A stretch of DNA of 64,000 nucleotides from Tubiluchus corallicola. Taxonomy: Eukaryota; Animalia; Priapulida. The notes below the pieces were generated by a model, which saw nothing but the letters and a program-made list of their open reading frames with translations, was not told the DNA's origin and did no database searches. The stretch spans positions 62,001 to 126,000 of the forward strand of contig JAQGDQ010000324.1 of NCBI GenBank assembly GCA_030141605.1, in the 5' to 3' direction. The translations under genes were made by a program, and so were the position numbers. Of the stretch, positions 1 to 15,500 are shown in pieces (position 1 is the stretch's first letter; each line of letters opens with the position of its first letter).

Positions 1-405
1 TTTTGTGTAGTTTCTGAGCAGCTGCTACACTCAGAAGATGATGTGGACTCTAAACAGATAAGATAAAGTGGTCACTGCAGCTGGCTTTGAGTTGAATAAG
101 GAACACCTTCACTAGAAACCACCAATGTGTGGCACCACTCAACATGAATAATTGGCTGCTCTTGTGAACGCACATTGACTTTTGCATATTTGACAATAAC
201 TTCTTGTGGTGTGTTACTGAAAGAGGATCTTATAAATAAACAAATAGTTATTTGTTACTGAGTAGTGAAAGGGTTAACATATGCTTCATATGGTGTATTA
301 CAGAATGTTTGTGGCACCGGTGTCTCCATCTACAGAATTACTCTGAAACTGAAACGAGTTACTGAAACTAATCGTGGATCATTTTGTGAGTGGACTTTAC
401 CATAC

Positions 406-546
406 CTGAATTTCATCAATCGTATGAACAATAAACATGTCGTTCAAATCCTCTTTCGTTCCATCCATCCAATTATTAAACGGTGCAGCGCGTTTTGCAA
501 ACTCGAGATGCAGCTGATCGATGCTTTCAAGAATCTTCTCTTGTTC
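406..546 (-). CDS. ACTN: Alpha-actinin coding exon 15 (141 nt)
   Basis: tatag|[47 protein letters not shown]|gtatg. Confidence 0.95.
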
Positions 547-3500
547 CTATAAAGTCAAACTACATTCTAAATGCAAAGTAACACACAACTACTTCATAAC
601 TACTTTGCTTACTACCGTTGATTTATCGTATTAGGCATAACTTTATGCTCAAGATGACTTAAGGAACAAGTTTGCCATCCCTTTTTCACAAATTCGGCAA
701 ACACAAGTGACCACCTGAAAATTTCCGTTTAATGTCGGTTCGGGTGTGGTTTCTTGTTCTCATAGTCAAATGAGCAAACGGGTTAACATCTCAACGATCT
801 AATGAAAGGTGACCATATTTGGTAATGACACCAAAATGTGTAGAAAAGTAATTGCATGACCAGGATGTTACCGGAAATTAAATTTACAAACCAAAACGGA
901 AATTTATAAATAATAGGCTATCGGTGCTGAAACGAAAACAAAGCAAAACAGTTTTGCAAAACCAACTATTATTAAAACTAAAAAGAAAATTCTTAAATAA
1001 GTAAAATATTTTGTTTGTCTGTTTTCATTTTTCTGTGATGCAAAATTATTGATAAAATTATTGATATTTTACAGTATAAAACATCAAGTTTGATGGAGTG
1101 GTTTGCATTAGAAAAATTAATAAGTTGCCTTTGTTTCATAAATTATAACGTTAAACGTGATTTTGCTGGAATGAATTCAAACATGGTATGATATTTCGGT
1201 TAATTCGGCCCGGAGACAATAAAACTTTACAGTGGTCAGCAATGAAGATATGCCGCATTGCCGGTAAAAGCACGTCACAAACTCTGATGTAAACGAAATT
1301 GTTGCTTTATTTGAGCTAATTTAGCCAAGATTTTTCAGCGGTTTTTGACATCTAGGAGAAAAGAAAAGGTAGATTGGATAAACACTAGTAAACCTCTGAA
1401 AAAAGCTACAGAAAATTATCAGAAATTTCATCTATGCAACTCAGTAAATTTCGCCAAAACCAAAAATTTCGTTTCGGTAGCATCCCTACGTGCTGTGTGA
1501 GTAAGAAAAATTGAAAACTTTACCTCAATTGCCAATCTTCGTTGATGTATTTTGGACCTCAAATCATCCCAGCCATCACAGATCTCCTAAAACGAAAAAC
1601 GAAAAAGTTGCGCAAAGCAAATTACCTTGAGTGCAAAGCAACATTAGCTAAATTTAACCTAAATTGCTCTCAAAGAAGCAAACAATCACTAATAAGCTCG
1701 GCTCACAGCATAATTACAGTCACACCAAGGCCGGCCACAAAAAATTTGTTTCTGTCTTACCTCATGAGCTCAGGTGATGTCAGAAGGGAAGGAAGAAAAA
1801 ATGCTTCTTTGTTTTTTTTCAAAAAAAATTTTCCCTCCCTTCATGAGTATTTAAAATTGTATAATTATTAATTATTGTATAGTCTCTTTTTTGCATCATG
1901 AATATATGCTGCTTATTATGCTATAAGTGGCAACACTACTCAGCCGGTAATTTGGCAGAAAATTCGATACTTTTTAGTCTCCAATACAATGAGCACCATA
2001 CAAGACGGCAATCCTGGCCGAGAGTTAGCCGTGAAAAAATGTGGCCGCGTCCTACGTTCCCCGAAAGAACGATGTTATAATAATGATTGTGTTTTACATT
2101 TTAAATTAAAAAAAATGTTTTATATGACTGTGTCAAGTAAGCATACGAATGTACAAAAAAATTATAAAATTCGCGGCCGGGTGTGCGATGAAAAAATATT
2201 ACTTGGACGATTAGATGGAAACAAATTTTTACTGTCGGTCTAAACGGAAAAATTAACATGAAACAAACAACCAGAAATGACTAAAATAACTTGGCCACAT
2301 AAAATATTGTAAGCATGTATGAAGCCAAACCTTGCAACGTGCATTGATTGCGGGAGAATCGTGGTAGCCAAGCGAACTGCAAATAAAAACACATATTCAA
2401 GTGAAACTGCAACTTATGCAAGAAGCAACGTAATTCCTGTGGCTGAAAAGCATAAAAACAAGTAAAAACGTTCTCAGTTAGGTGTTCGCTCTAATATGTG
2501 ACCTAACATGGTACGGTCAATAGGTTATGTACACTTATATATCGGTTTGCCTCAAAACTCAAAAGTGTTTAGTACTGGTCGCTTCTATGCAAAAGTATAT
2601 AAAAGCTGTTGGCACTTGACTAAAATAATTCCGCATAATTGACTCTAGATACATTTTTTCTGCACATGCTTAAATAACATACGTTTGTGTGACCAATGAG
2701 CTTCATTATCTTTATATAATCTTAATTCGCTTTTGTAGGCCATAATATACGTAGAAACAATCATGTTAAGTACAGTCATTACACGCTGCTTGGTTACACT
2801 CATGTAGCCAACCAGCGGGCAGCTCGCAAAACAACAGACTGCGTCCGAAGCACGCGGGACTTTGTGGATTTTGTCTGATTTTTCTGATATCCATAAAAGC
2901 AAGGTCAGACAAACCGAGATATGAGTGTACCGTGATTTAAGTTGGTAAATTTTCAAAATTTTTGTATCCTGGCACAAAATTTCATGTAAAACATGATTAT
3001 GTTGCTAAAAATTGTTCAGTTTGTAACAGAAATATTATTTTGTACTATACTGAAATCCTGCTTTGAAATCACCAAATTTTTAAAAAGCAAACCAGAAAAG
3101 GGCACAAGAATAATAGCCTAAAGTATGAAAAATGCAGCCAGTTGACTTATTTTGAGGAAAAGTATGTTGCAATGTCAACAAATGCCATTATGGATTTATT
3201 CAACATTGTGCCCTTATGTTTTTTCTGTTGATAGTTTTCTCTATGACAGCAAACTTGCTAGTGTGAACTGCTCTGCGAGTTACTATCGACAAAAAATTGA
3301 AAACTCTCTTGACAATTGCTGAGAGTTGATTTACTGTCTCGAGTACATGCCTCACACTCTGGTGTGATCACGTGAGTTACATGGCTAGTTAACTGGCTAG
3401 TCTGAACGCTCATTACTGTCAGCAACATTCCCACAGAATTTTAAAATAAATTTCCCTGACTTTTCCCTTACCAAATATTGATTTTCCATGACCAAGGTAA

Positions 3501-6500
3501 GCAGAAATTGCATCACCAGTATACATATTCAAACATTTTTGTGTATGGACATTCATACATATACTGATGTATAACGTGTTGGCAAATCATTATTTTTGAA
3601 ACAGAAATCTACACTGGGAGCCTGCCATAGCAAAATTTTATTTGAAGACAATCTCTGAAAAATATTTTTTGGAAAAATATTGGTTCACGGTGATTATTTT
3701 TGCAACCCTTTCCGATTTCCCAGACTTTTTACCATATTATCTTTTTCTCTGACTTTGTAGGATACCCTGTATTTTGCAGGACTTTCCCTGACCGTAAAAA
3801 CCTTGGTTAATCCTGAGGTAAAAGGACACATTTAGGCAAGCGCAGGTAAAAACTTACTTGAGTTCATTAGCGATTGCTGTAATTTGTTCAACACGTTCTT
3901 GATGCGCCGCTACTTCGCTTTCGTAAGCTTCGTGCTTCTTTTTGTGCGACTAGGTAGATAAAAAACAAATATATTTCAAGTTACTAAACTCGCTCTTACA
4001 AAATACTAAAACCGTACTTACAAACCATAAAAAACACATATAACGGGTGGCACAAAAAATGTACCGACGTTCATACTGCACTAACATTAGAAACAGGTAC
4101 CCTACAGTTGAAATATCACAGCAGGACATGACAGTACACTAACTTTTAGCAGCGAAAGTTAAACATTTATAGTTTTAGATGTTTATAATAAAAATTTAAA
4201 TGCCGGAACAATGTCAGTTAATCATCAATTGTGTGCTTGCAAACCAAAATCGTCCACAAGTCGGCATATTTAAAACTACATTATGATGCTTGAAAGTAGA
4301 ATGCACCAATAATTTGGTCAAATGTCAATTTTTTTATAAAAACAAATGCTAAATATATTGCACTTTTATATTCTAGCATCAAATTATCAAGAAAGTGTTA
4401 AAAAAACACTAAAATTTAATTTTATAACCCTCTACGCACTTTTCTAGCTAGAAACTAGTAATGCAATTGTAAAAAACTCGTATTTTCAAACTCTGATAGT
4501 AGCTCGTGGAAGGAGTCATTTTCCTTAGGTTTTTTCTGTTGTCAAGCCCAGATCTTCGTCTGGAAGAGCCATCTATTAGATTTAAACAAAACTTCAATGT
4601 GCTCTTGCTAAGTCCATAGCAACCACACTTTCGTACGGTAGTTAACTGTTTTGTAGAAATGCGACGAAAAACAATGGCTAACTTTAACAGCAATTTTCTC
4701 AAGATTACGTTTTTCAGTGCATAGTAAGCACCTCAACTTCAATGTTGATTATCTCAGCTTAGAAATAACATAGAGCAATGAGCTTGGTATGAAAATGATC
4801 CTCATGAAATGGAGATCCGAAATCAGAAAGTTTCAGCACATTTTATTGTGTAGGGATGTCACGAAATTACAGAATCCGAATCTACACCGAATCTCACTGT
4901 CAAAATAATTTTCGAATCCGGATCGAAGCCGAACCTCAGTTTAAAATACTTTTCTCGAATTTGAATCTCAATGTTCAGATTGTTCTTTCAACAGAATTCC
5001 GTTTCGAATCTATGCAGTTTTGAACCAAATTATAGCAGATTGGTAAGACAGAAGTGTTTTTCATGAAGATTACAGATGACCTGTCTGAGCAGCATGTTTG
5101 ACTGTTATTCTGCAGTACTAAAGACTATACACGATCTAATCATTTTGTGACAGATTTTTTATGACTAACAATATAATGAGATCTGTTAGTCAAAAAAATC
5201 CTTGGAGTGCCTTTACCTACGCTCCATAAGTCCGAGTAATGTGAATGACAAAAAAACAAGGCAGTTTAAACCACAGCATGTGTTGTTAGCGAAAGAAAGT
5301 TCTGTCAAAGTAATACAAGAAATCTTAACATTTTTGTTGAAAAAGAAGTTAAAATCGTAATGTGATGCGTGTTTTCGCATAGGATTTGATGAAGTTGGAC
5401 ATATGCCGAAACTGAATATGTTAATGTGGGGCAAAATTATCAAAAAAAAGGCAGCAATTTCAGGATTTTTCAGGTAAATGAGCATATAATGCATTTATAA
5501 TAAAGCGCTACCGAATCGCCTCTGTTGCCAAAGCTTAACCAGATTTTTTTTCAAAAGTCTCTGCTCAATCGGGCTGGATCTAAAGCAACTTAGAACGTCA
5601 GCGAATTGAACAGGATCAAAGCTCTGATTCGGATTCGAAGCTCCGGTTCTGTCGAAGCACCGTGACATCCCTAGCCCCCGATATAATGCCTGTTCAGAAA
5701 ACCTGGTTTTTAATTTTAGAGTTTGTGGCAGTTTGGTTCACAAAAACTATGAGAATTTGGCAAAAGATACATTTACTGAAACAAAAATAAAAACCTTCAG
5801 ATCTAAAAGTTTGCTCTTGCGATAATCTTCATTCTCTAGGTAACTGAGTTTGTTCATCGTCCAATCGTCGTGACTGTTTGCTTTCTGTCTGAACTTCTTT
5901 GCAAGATGATCTAGTCGCTCCAGTCTAGGAAAAAATAGTAATCGGAGTCACATATTTTAGTTTATTTTAGTTGGCAACCCAAAAATGTCAGTGGTGTGGG
6001 AGGAAAATGTTTCTAGAGCCTTGCAAACGTTTAAAACGGATATATTTAAAGCACAAGAAAATGCTCCACTTACATAAAGCTTAAAAAATTCGTATTGAAA
6101 GTTTATGCCACTTACATACTGGCTTTTTGCATACAAAACTTACATACCAGCGTTGGCAGTAACGCTGTATAAAACATGTGAATTTTAACTCCCGCAATGA
6201 CCATTAGAAGCGGCCATCTTGACAACAGGTCATTCAAAACAAGTTTAGGTAACACCAGGTAATGTTTGAAAAAATAATCAGAATGATTCGTAGCTCACAC
6301 GTCACTAAGATTTTAAATTACTGTATCTTGTCAGTAAGATTAAAAACATGTTTTTTGGTTAGTGAGTGGTGCACCCTGGAGGTGAGTCAATGACATTTTA
6401 CCAATTGGTGAAAACATTTTAAATTACTAAGAGTTTTCTTTTCCAATTACACAAGTTCTTTCACGCATGGAAAGTTTTTGGTACATAGTTTAACATTTCC

Positions 6501-9500
6501 TTTTCTTCCCTTTATTCGCATTCTGCATGTATGACATCGTGTAAAGGAGCCGTCGGAACAGTATTGCTGGAGATTTAAAATGGAAACAAACAAAAAATCC
6601 TTTCAACACGAGTACGATATATGCATAAATTCGCTATAAAGTAATACAATTTTTTAAGGCCATTTTTCTGAAACCTACTTCAGGTAACCGTTTTCTTGTC
6701 CTTTAAGTTTATTTCCAAAAATATCAACACTTGTAATAATTGCGATTTTACTAGTTCATAAGGCCGGTGAACTTTATTAGAGATTTTCAAATTACAGCGT
6801 TTTGACAGCTATTAAAACTTACTCCATCACTTTTGCATAACAGAACCAGAGGTTTTTAAAAGCAAGGATGCAGTATAGTGGTCGTATTATTCAGTAAATT
6901 AATCGTGTAAATATTTTTACTCAGTAATTACAAACATGGGGTAATGATTTTCAAAAATATTTAACATAAAGCGAAGGCTGAGAAGCCGAGTGAAAAATTA
7001 ACACAGTTTGATATCACACCTCATCAATTCAGAAAGAAGCCACTCCTCAAAACCTTGCTCAGATTTCTCTAAATCCTTCCAACGATTGTTAATATCCTGC
7101 AAAGATGTTCACACATTTATGTTGCACATTCTCAAAAGTACAGCAAGTCCTCGCTTAATGACTCGCCGCTTAGCGACCGTTCGTTTTAACAATGCTAATC
7201 CAGTGGTTCTTAACCTTGTTGGAGGTAGCGAACCCCACCAGTTTCATATGCGCATTCACCGAACCCCTCTTTAGTGAAAAATAAATGTGATTTTTTTCAA
7301 ATTCAAGACATAGATGTGTTTTTTACTGGTACACAAAATGAGCCATGCATGAACATCACCTTGTTCTCAGGATTTTCTCAGGAATGAGCTTAGGATTTTT
7401 GAAGCAATCTGCATGACAGTGTTGGTGCTCTTGCAAAAGCAGGGTCATCACGAATTTACACGATAATTCAAGTGTGTCCGGACCTCCGCGGCGGAGGCTC
7501 TGCCGAACCCCTGAGATCGACTCACCGAACCCCTAGGGTTCGATCGAACCCAGGTTAAGAACCACTGTGCTAATCAATTAACACCTTTTTCGCATAACGT
7601 CGCATGTTTCGCGCTTTAACGATGATTTTTTTGCCTTACTTTAAACACTAATCTTATTTACAGCGCTTCTACTCTATCAAGAAGCCCGCCACTTGACCCA
7701 GATCACAATAGCATAACTAAATGGACAGCAGACAATCAGCTACAGCTATAGGCAGGCCATGATTCATTGCTTTCTCACATTTAAATAAAATTCTTTTCGA
7801 CAAAACGCAAAAGTTTCAGCTGATAAAACTATCTCTTGTTACAGTGTTAAGTGCCAAGCACTACTGACTTTGCTCCTGGAACGCAACTGAATGCTTTTGC
7901 ATTTTTCTTACGGAAAACAATGTTTCGTTTAGTGACGCTTCGCTCAACGTCGCATTTAGATGGTAGCCATTAGCGTCGTTAAGCGAGGACTTATTGTAAA
8001 TGCAAAATTGTGCATTTCGTCAAATACAGCATATACTAGAAACTTTAGCAGATATACTATAAGCATGTAATGCAGAAAATAGGCAGAGACTTATAAATCA
8101 GAATTTACTACAGCCAATAAATCATGTGATTGCAAATAGTGCAATTACAAGTTTCATTGTTGTGCTTGGCTAACTTGCTGGCCATTGAGAAATTCCAATT
8201 CTTACACATTTTGTTACAATGAGTTTTTGCAGGTAAAAACAGCCAATGGATCTATTAAGAGGGGTTCTTAAGTTTTATGATTATCACAAGATCATTTTTG
8301 CATTTTCCACATTTTTGGTAAATTTATTAAGTGTTTTAGGTTGTTTTGCATAGTAAATGAAGCATTTTTCATGGGGCACCAGTGGATTTTTTCTTGTGGT
8401 TACACTATTTGTATACTTAAAGAAAAACAGTCAGCATTTTCAAATAGCTAATGAAATATCCAACCGGAATATGTTATTTATGCAAATGCAGGACAAACTT
8501 TTGTGCGCTAATGATATTTGTAAAAAAATTGTGTAAAATTTCATGTGGCAGTAGGCCACAGCTTAGCTAGAACAATAGGAGTCCACGGTGTTTGTGACAC
8601 GCAGCTGCTATGTTCATTGTCCTGCTGTAGCTTATAACATCACCCTGCCAGCATGGGCATTGCTATGGTGACTGAGCAATTTTTTGACTGCCATCTAGGG
8701 GCGATTTAAAAAAATAACAATGCAAGTATGTAATTGCACCACTTGCAGTCGTATGTATACGTACAACTATATTTTTTCATAAATCCAACAAATTCTTTCT
8801 TAAACAAATCGTCAAAGGATTTCAGCCGTTTGTCAGGCTGTGCGCACCATGTGAAGTTGCAGTTAACAAGAAAACAATTTTCAGGTAAAAAATTCCACAG
8901 ACAAGCAGCCAAAGGGCAAAACTGGATTTAGTTTTTCTGATAAAACATTTATGGAATAAAAAACAACGCAAAAAGAAAGGTAACAGCAAACTTACACTTA
9001 AAAGTTTCCCCTCGCTCGGCATGAACAACGGCCGGTTGCTCAACCTCAGTTTCGTCTGTATGTTGTTAAACATCGTCTCCAGTCCGGCTTTCTCCTGTAG
9101 CTTTGGCGGCTTGTGCTCACGACGGTAGTCACGGAACTCCGCCTGCTTCTGCTGCAAGGCAGCCATGGTGTTGTCCGAGGTGCGGTCTTCCAGCCACGGT
9201 ATCGTCTCGTCGATCCACTTCAGCAACTAAACAGTAAGTGATTTGCTAATAACGTGTTTGTTTATGATTTTAATCGGTTCCGTAAGCAAGCTTTAATAAT
9301 TGCACAGCTTAGAGTTTTTGCTGCATATCAGATATTTCGACTCGATGCACTGCTACTACAATACCTACTGTTGCCCCCTATACCTATAATTTCATGTATT
9401 GTTAACCGTATAAGTGTAATTACACTCATACCTTGGCCTACCAGACCTCACTTTCACAGATATCGGAAAACTCAGACGAAATATGGTCCACTAAAAAGTC

Positions 9501-12500
9501 CCGCATACTACGGAGTGTGTCCGTTGTTTCGCGAGCTGACGGCTAGATGGCGGGCCATCACTTCGTTTACATCCCAGCAGCGTGTAACAACACGTGTAGC
9601 TTGTATGTCGGCGTGTTTCATGATTTAGAGTCAATTATGCGGAGTTATTTGAGTGAAATGCTGGCCGTTTTTTGTACTTTTGCATAGAAGCGGCCCGTAC
9701 TAGACGTTTCCGAGACAATTAGGTGATATAGCGCCCACTATATTAGCTTAGTATCGGAAAATACGGACAATCGGCAAATTCCGGCCAATGTCTCCCTGCT
9801 TTCATTCGGCAAACCGACAAACATTGAATTCAATTCGCTAATAATGGGTAATAATTTCATTATTAATAGTTAGTAATAATGGGTAGTAATAATTTAATTC
9901 ACTTATGAGTAAGCAATCTTTTGTGCACGCTTTTTTACACTGCATTACACGTTCATTAATAAACATTTCAGAGTTTCAGCAATTCATGATGACCGTGAAA
10001 AGTCAAAAGTTATTTGTGCCTTGTAACACGGGTTTGTGTGAAAGGACAACGCCATGCTTTTGTTGTTGTTGTGGATGAAGAGACGTTTATTTACACCTGC
10101 CGACTGCTACAGCATTTAGTTATGCTACTCAAATAAGAGTATCAACTCAGATTTAATTAACATTAGTCAAAAAATCCAATTTAGCTGTGAGATTATCTGA
10201 TACCGACATTTGCTAAATTGTGACAGAAAAGTTGTGTTTTGTGTTATACTGTAGAAATCTCAGTAGGGTTTCCAAGAGTAAGGTCAGGTGATTACAGTCA
10301 CGTGAGAGTACCAAGGTTCCCAGGTTATGGGCAGGGATGTTACCGAAACTGAAATATTTTTGCAAAATCAACTATTATTAAAACTGAAAGAAGAAAATTC
10401 AAAAATAAATAGGAATAAAACATTTTGTTTTTTGTTTGTCTGGTGTTACTTGTTGTGATGTAAAATTATTGATAAAAAAACACAAGGATATTTTATAGTA
10501 TAAAACCTCCAGTTTGATGGAGTGGCTTACAATAGAAAAATTAATGAGTTACAATGTTTTTGAATTTAAGTATTCCTACTGATTAACGTTTAAAGATCAT
10601 AATACTTCATAAAAAATAAACAAATTTTGTAGATCTTTTGTTGCCTATATTTCATAAATTATAAAATTCAACATGAATGTGTTCAAATAAATCCAAACGT
10701 GCTTTGATATTTCGGTTGATTATACCTGGAGATCCTAAAACTTCACAGTGGATATGCCGCAGTACTGAAGATATGCCACCTTGCTGTGAAAGGCACGGCA
10801 CAACTATTATTGTTTTTGTTTTATCGAACTATTTTAGCCAAGACTTTTCAACAGTTTTTGACATCTAGGAGAAAATTTTGTTTTGGTAACATCCCTGGTT
10901 ATGGGTGCAAATAAGCCTTGACCTACTGCAACTGCACGTGCAGGTAGTAAAACACTGGATCTAAAATGGTTTCTTATACTTGCATCACTGCTGTTGTTAC
11001 TCGTCATAAAGGAAGAAAAGCCAGCAGTTTGAAATTCATTACACAGTTCCAAGTTTGAGAAAAAATTTTCATTCCAACCTGACGAGGATTTGAACTCAAA
11101 ACCTCTTACATGAGTTAAGGTCAGCTAAGCTTCGCTATACAGGAGTATAATAGCATGCCAGACACATATGATGTAATCCTTAAACTAAAGCCGAAATTAA
11201 TTGCTTACGTCACTCGTCAGACTCTCGTATTCTTGCATACGTTGCTCGTTGCCCTGATTCACTGCCAGCACACGACAAATACGATTTGCCGCCGTCTCAG
11301 CCTGAAAGAAAAACCGCCATTAGCGAAAATAATGATAATAAACAATCAATAAATAAACCAATTTTGGCATTTATTAAAATTTTATATGAGCTTGTTGAAT
11401 AAATGAAATGGAGATGTCATATCTTCCATTTCAGATGCGTTCAGTTGTGACGTAGTGCACATGTTCGTGGAGCTCATGGATACGCACAGTGGTAAACTTG
11501 AATTTAATTTTCAACTTAAAATTTGACGAGCTTTTGTGTATCACACTGTACTTCAATTTTCGCTTTCACAAAAACATGCAACACTCGTGGAATGTTTGCG
11601 CTGTTCAAAATTATGTTCAGTCTCGATATCATCACTAAATGGTTTCGCCCATCGTTAATAGTTTTTAACCTATCATTTAATTACCAGAAACGTTTTGGAA
11701 TTATTATAGGTGTTAAAATGTATACTTTTTACCGTACTTCAAGATGGGATAGGATGTGAAAAATCATCCTGTTTTCCTTTAAGGTTAAAATATTGCTGTA
11801 CATGATACCTTCTGAGCACCAGCAAACGCATGGTAGTAGCAAGAGACGTAGGTCATCACGGCTCTCTCGTCCGGCTTAACTGTATTCAGCATATCTACGC
11901 ACATACAAATGAAGAACAATAATTATTGTTTGTATAGTTCTACATTTAAACTAAAATGTTTAAGAGTCTAATCTAGTCTAATTTTACAACTTGGTTGGTT
12001 CAAATTTATTAAATCAATACTCAAGACATCAGATGCTTCGCAATTTATGCAATAGGTAGTTTAGTGATGGGCAATTCTGAAATTTTGGATTGTTATTATC
12101 TTGCTCTTGTAATTTGATATCACGATTAATCCTTTGTGGCAATTTTTAGTGCTTTAGTCATATTTTTCAATGATTGCAGTGAAATATAATCTACAACATC
12201 TTCACAGCTTCCTCATTGCCTGCCGCTTTCGTACACAGAAACTATTTCTATAGGCACATACCTGCTTTTTCGTCAACTACTCTAGACCACGTCACTACAC
12301 GCGTCACATGTCAACGAATTTGGAGACCACAGTTGGCAACACTGCGGTTCACAATTGTGTGCATCGCGGAATATGAGAAAAAAGAAGAAAAAATGCAACG
12401 ATTCGGTTTATTTGTGCCAACATACTTCCTTTTAGACAGTGTGTGTATATTTTGCTCTTGATTAATAGAGTTTCTGTTCAATCATCAAATAAATTGATTT

Positions 12501-15500
12501 GTACAAGGTTGTAATCGCAATTAATTTGATTATCTATTAATCGCCCATCACTAAAATAGTTTATAAAAACGCAGCCACCAGTACAGCTCAGATTTACGTG
12601 CAAACACATATAAACACAGCAAGAACACATTTTAATCGCAAATATGCACAAGCGTACTAAGCAAGCAACTTTATGTGCAAAACAAAACACAATCTCCATT
12701 TTTTATTGTCGTGGTTAAGCGGGCTCGACAAAATTTGAATGTTTAAAAGACCGACTTGCCAGTGAAAAATGGGAAACTTTTACGAGAAACGTATCATATT
12801 TCGAAACAATTGATCATAAAAATTAACATGTAATAAAAAAGATATGTAAATTTTATGATATTGAAAGAGAATACCAAAATGCTACAGCATAGGCCTAATT
12901 TTGGATACATCAAGTATAATATCGGGCTAGAGCATAGACCTAATTTTGGATACACCAAGTATAATATCGGGTGGCGCAGAAAAAATGCACCAAAGTTCAG
13001 AATACCATAATATTAGAAAAACAAGTGCTGCTCTATAAAGTTGAAAATTTCAGTTTTGCATTACAATACATAGGCTTTTGGCTGCAGATGTTTTAATGGT
13101 TTAGTGGTTATAATTTATGGGTGAAAAGCTTTTGCAAACTGAAAACTTAAATACTGGAACAATGTCACCTAATCATCAATTGAAAAAGAAACAGCCACGT
13201 TGATATGCAGAGCACTTAACAGGTAGCAGCAAAACAATAAAGAAGTCAACCTGTTTACATCATAGTTTTCATCGCAGAAAATGAAATGGTAATAAAAATG
13301 TGTTGTCAAGAAAAAACAGGACTAGATCGGCTGGGTGCAATGTTGGATAAGATGCCATTTCTAAACTTACTTTCATCTTGCACTTTTACACTTTGATTTT
13401 AAAATTTAAAATGAAATAAAACTTCCAAAGGGGTACGAGAAACAAATTAATAAAGTTCGACCAAAGTAAGAATTGAACTCAAATATGCATTTGCCGCTTC
13501 ACTGTTAGTATACCTTCAGCGTCCAACATCTTCGGGATATCAAGATGCTTCTCTGCTACCTCAAAAGCTAAGTTCAGGTTATCGCCTGGTTGATCCTGGT
13601 AGAAAAAGCAGACTCCACAGTTAGTGTGATCACGATGCATACAACATCTCACTGTACTTGCAATTAATAGAGATTATAAATCAATCTCTCTCTCTCTAGC
13701 ACACACGACAAGCTAGTTGACGGGACACGTCAATTTGTAACGTGCGTCAATCATGCAAGAACTTGATTATAAAACTGTAGGACGACATGATAAAATTACG
13801 ATTTTGAAATCCACATGACAAATGAAATAAAAGATGCAGAAATCGATTTGCATCACAATTACAAACTCAAGCAGGTTCATCATACAGCATGCTGTAGAAA
13901 AATTCTCATTGTTTTACAATAAAAATCCCAGCAGAAACTGTTTTGTTTTTTGCAATCATTTGTAATAACTTTAACGATTAGAAATAAAACCTTCAGCTAT
14001 TTCACTATCTTGTATCTTGAGTCGGCAAATCCTGTACAATATGCGAATGAATTTTTTTTTGCAAAACCAACTACACATTAATGGTTCTTACATTAGATCA
14101 ATATGAACTGATGATGTTTAATATGAAAGAACCAAAATCTGTACCACAGAATTTGCTAATAAACGTCTGTTTTTCAGTAAATCAGGCCATTTGTACCTTT
14201 GCTTACACAAAGTCATTCGTACAATGTAAATATACATATAATACCAAAATTGTCATCATTACTTATTAACGATTCTAGTTCAAGATTATCAATTAATTAT
14301 GGAATGAGGCAGAGCCCTCAATCAAGTTTTTTGAAACCAAATTACACCGAAGAGAGAAATGTGCAAAAGTCAGTAATGGGCGTGGATTCGAACCAGTGAC
14401 TCCCGGATAACACAGAACCCTATGTGATCAATGGAGGCCTTAATTAAGTCCTAACAGCTCACTTATGAGGTTATATTACATTAAAAGATATAATTGCTTA
14501 ATTAGAAATACTGTAACGTGTATAAACGATAGTGCAGTCATGAATAATCAATTTTTTCGAAAGTCGATCGATTGTGGCATTTGACTAAGTGATCGACCAT
14601 AAATTACATGATCCATGATTGGTTGACAGAGTAAGAGCAGATTTTGAACACTTCACTACTCATTTCTGCTATTTAATTTCAGTAAGGCAAAAAATATGTG
14701 CAGCGTCAATAAGAGATAGGATAACATAAGAGATAAAATCACAGTCAAAAGCTTAACCTTCTGATTTCGTGCTGACGCACTACTGTCAGATATTATGATC
14801 GATCAATAGTATACGATCGATCAGTAGTAGATCAACGATCATTTTTAAATGTGGATGATTGATCATAGAAATGAAACAGTTTCCCAACACTAATAAACAA
14901 ACACTTGAACATGCTGGATCAGTTCATGTCATTATCATTAAATTTAAGAATTGTCTTGATGAAAAAGGGTCGTGTGGTGTTTGTGGTTATGGCAATTGAC
15001 TTGCAATCGGAAGGCACCTGGTTCAAATCCAGGTCCAATCCAAACTTTTTTCACGCTTCCTCACTTCTGACCCATCCTGGCAAACTGGTTTCAAAAATCT
15101 TATAAAAGAGGGTTTGTCCCATCTGTAATTTAATCTATTAAACATATTTGCTAAACTTAATGAATTTTACGTTAAAAAGAACACGCAGAAATTAAGATGA
15201 CAAGCAATCCCATGCGTTATTGAACATTTAAGCAGAAGTGGTTTTATTTGCAAATTAGTCGACAAGCACAAAGTCGTAAAAACTGCAAAACATATTACAT
15301 GCCATTAAAAGTCTGTAAAATGCAACAGAAAAACCAGACTTTGCAGCCAGAATAGCAAGAATGTCATCCAAGAAACAGACGACAAGTCAGATCTTTGCAG
15401 ACAGACAGCTGTTGTTGCGCATGTTAACGACAATAACATTCATAATGAAGGAAGGAACATTTTTTTACGAAAATAACTATAGCTCAGCAGCAAATAATCA

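Noticed and set aside
4448-4702. Transposase ORF in the Tc1/mariner-like remnant
   Set aside because: Short, with no convincing DDE or WPPxSPDL motif; at most a decayed fragment.
13251-13360. Second copy of the exon-8-equivalent actinin exon
   Set aside because: The candidate has an in-frame TGA and no PDE/MTYVS motif.
14968-15040. Functional tRNA gene
   Set aside because: Stems are mismatched, copies have different anticodon-like triplets, and they sit inside a repeat family.
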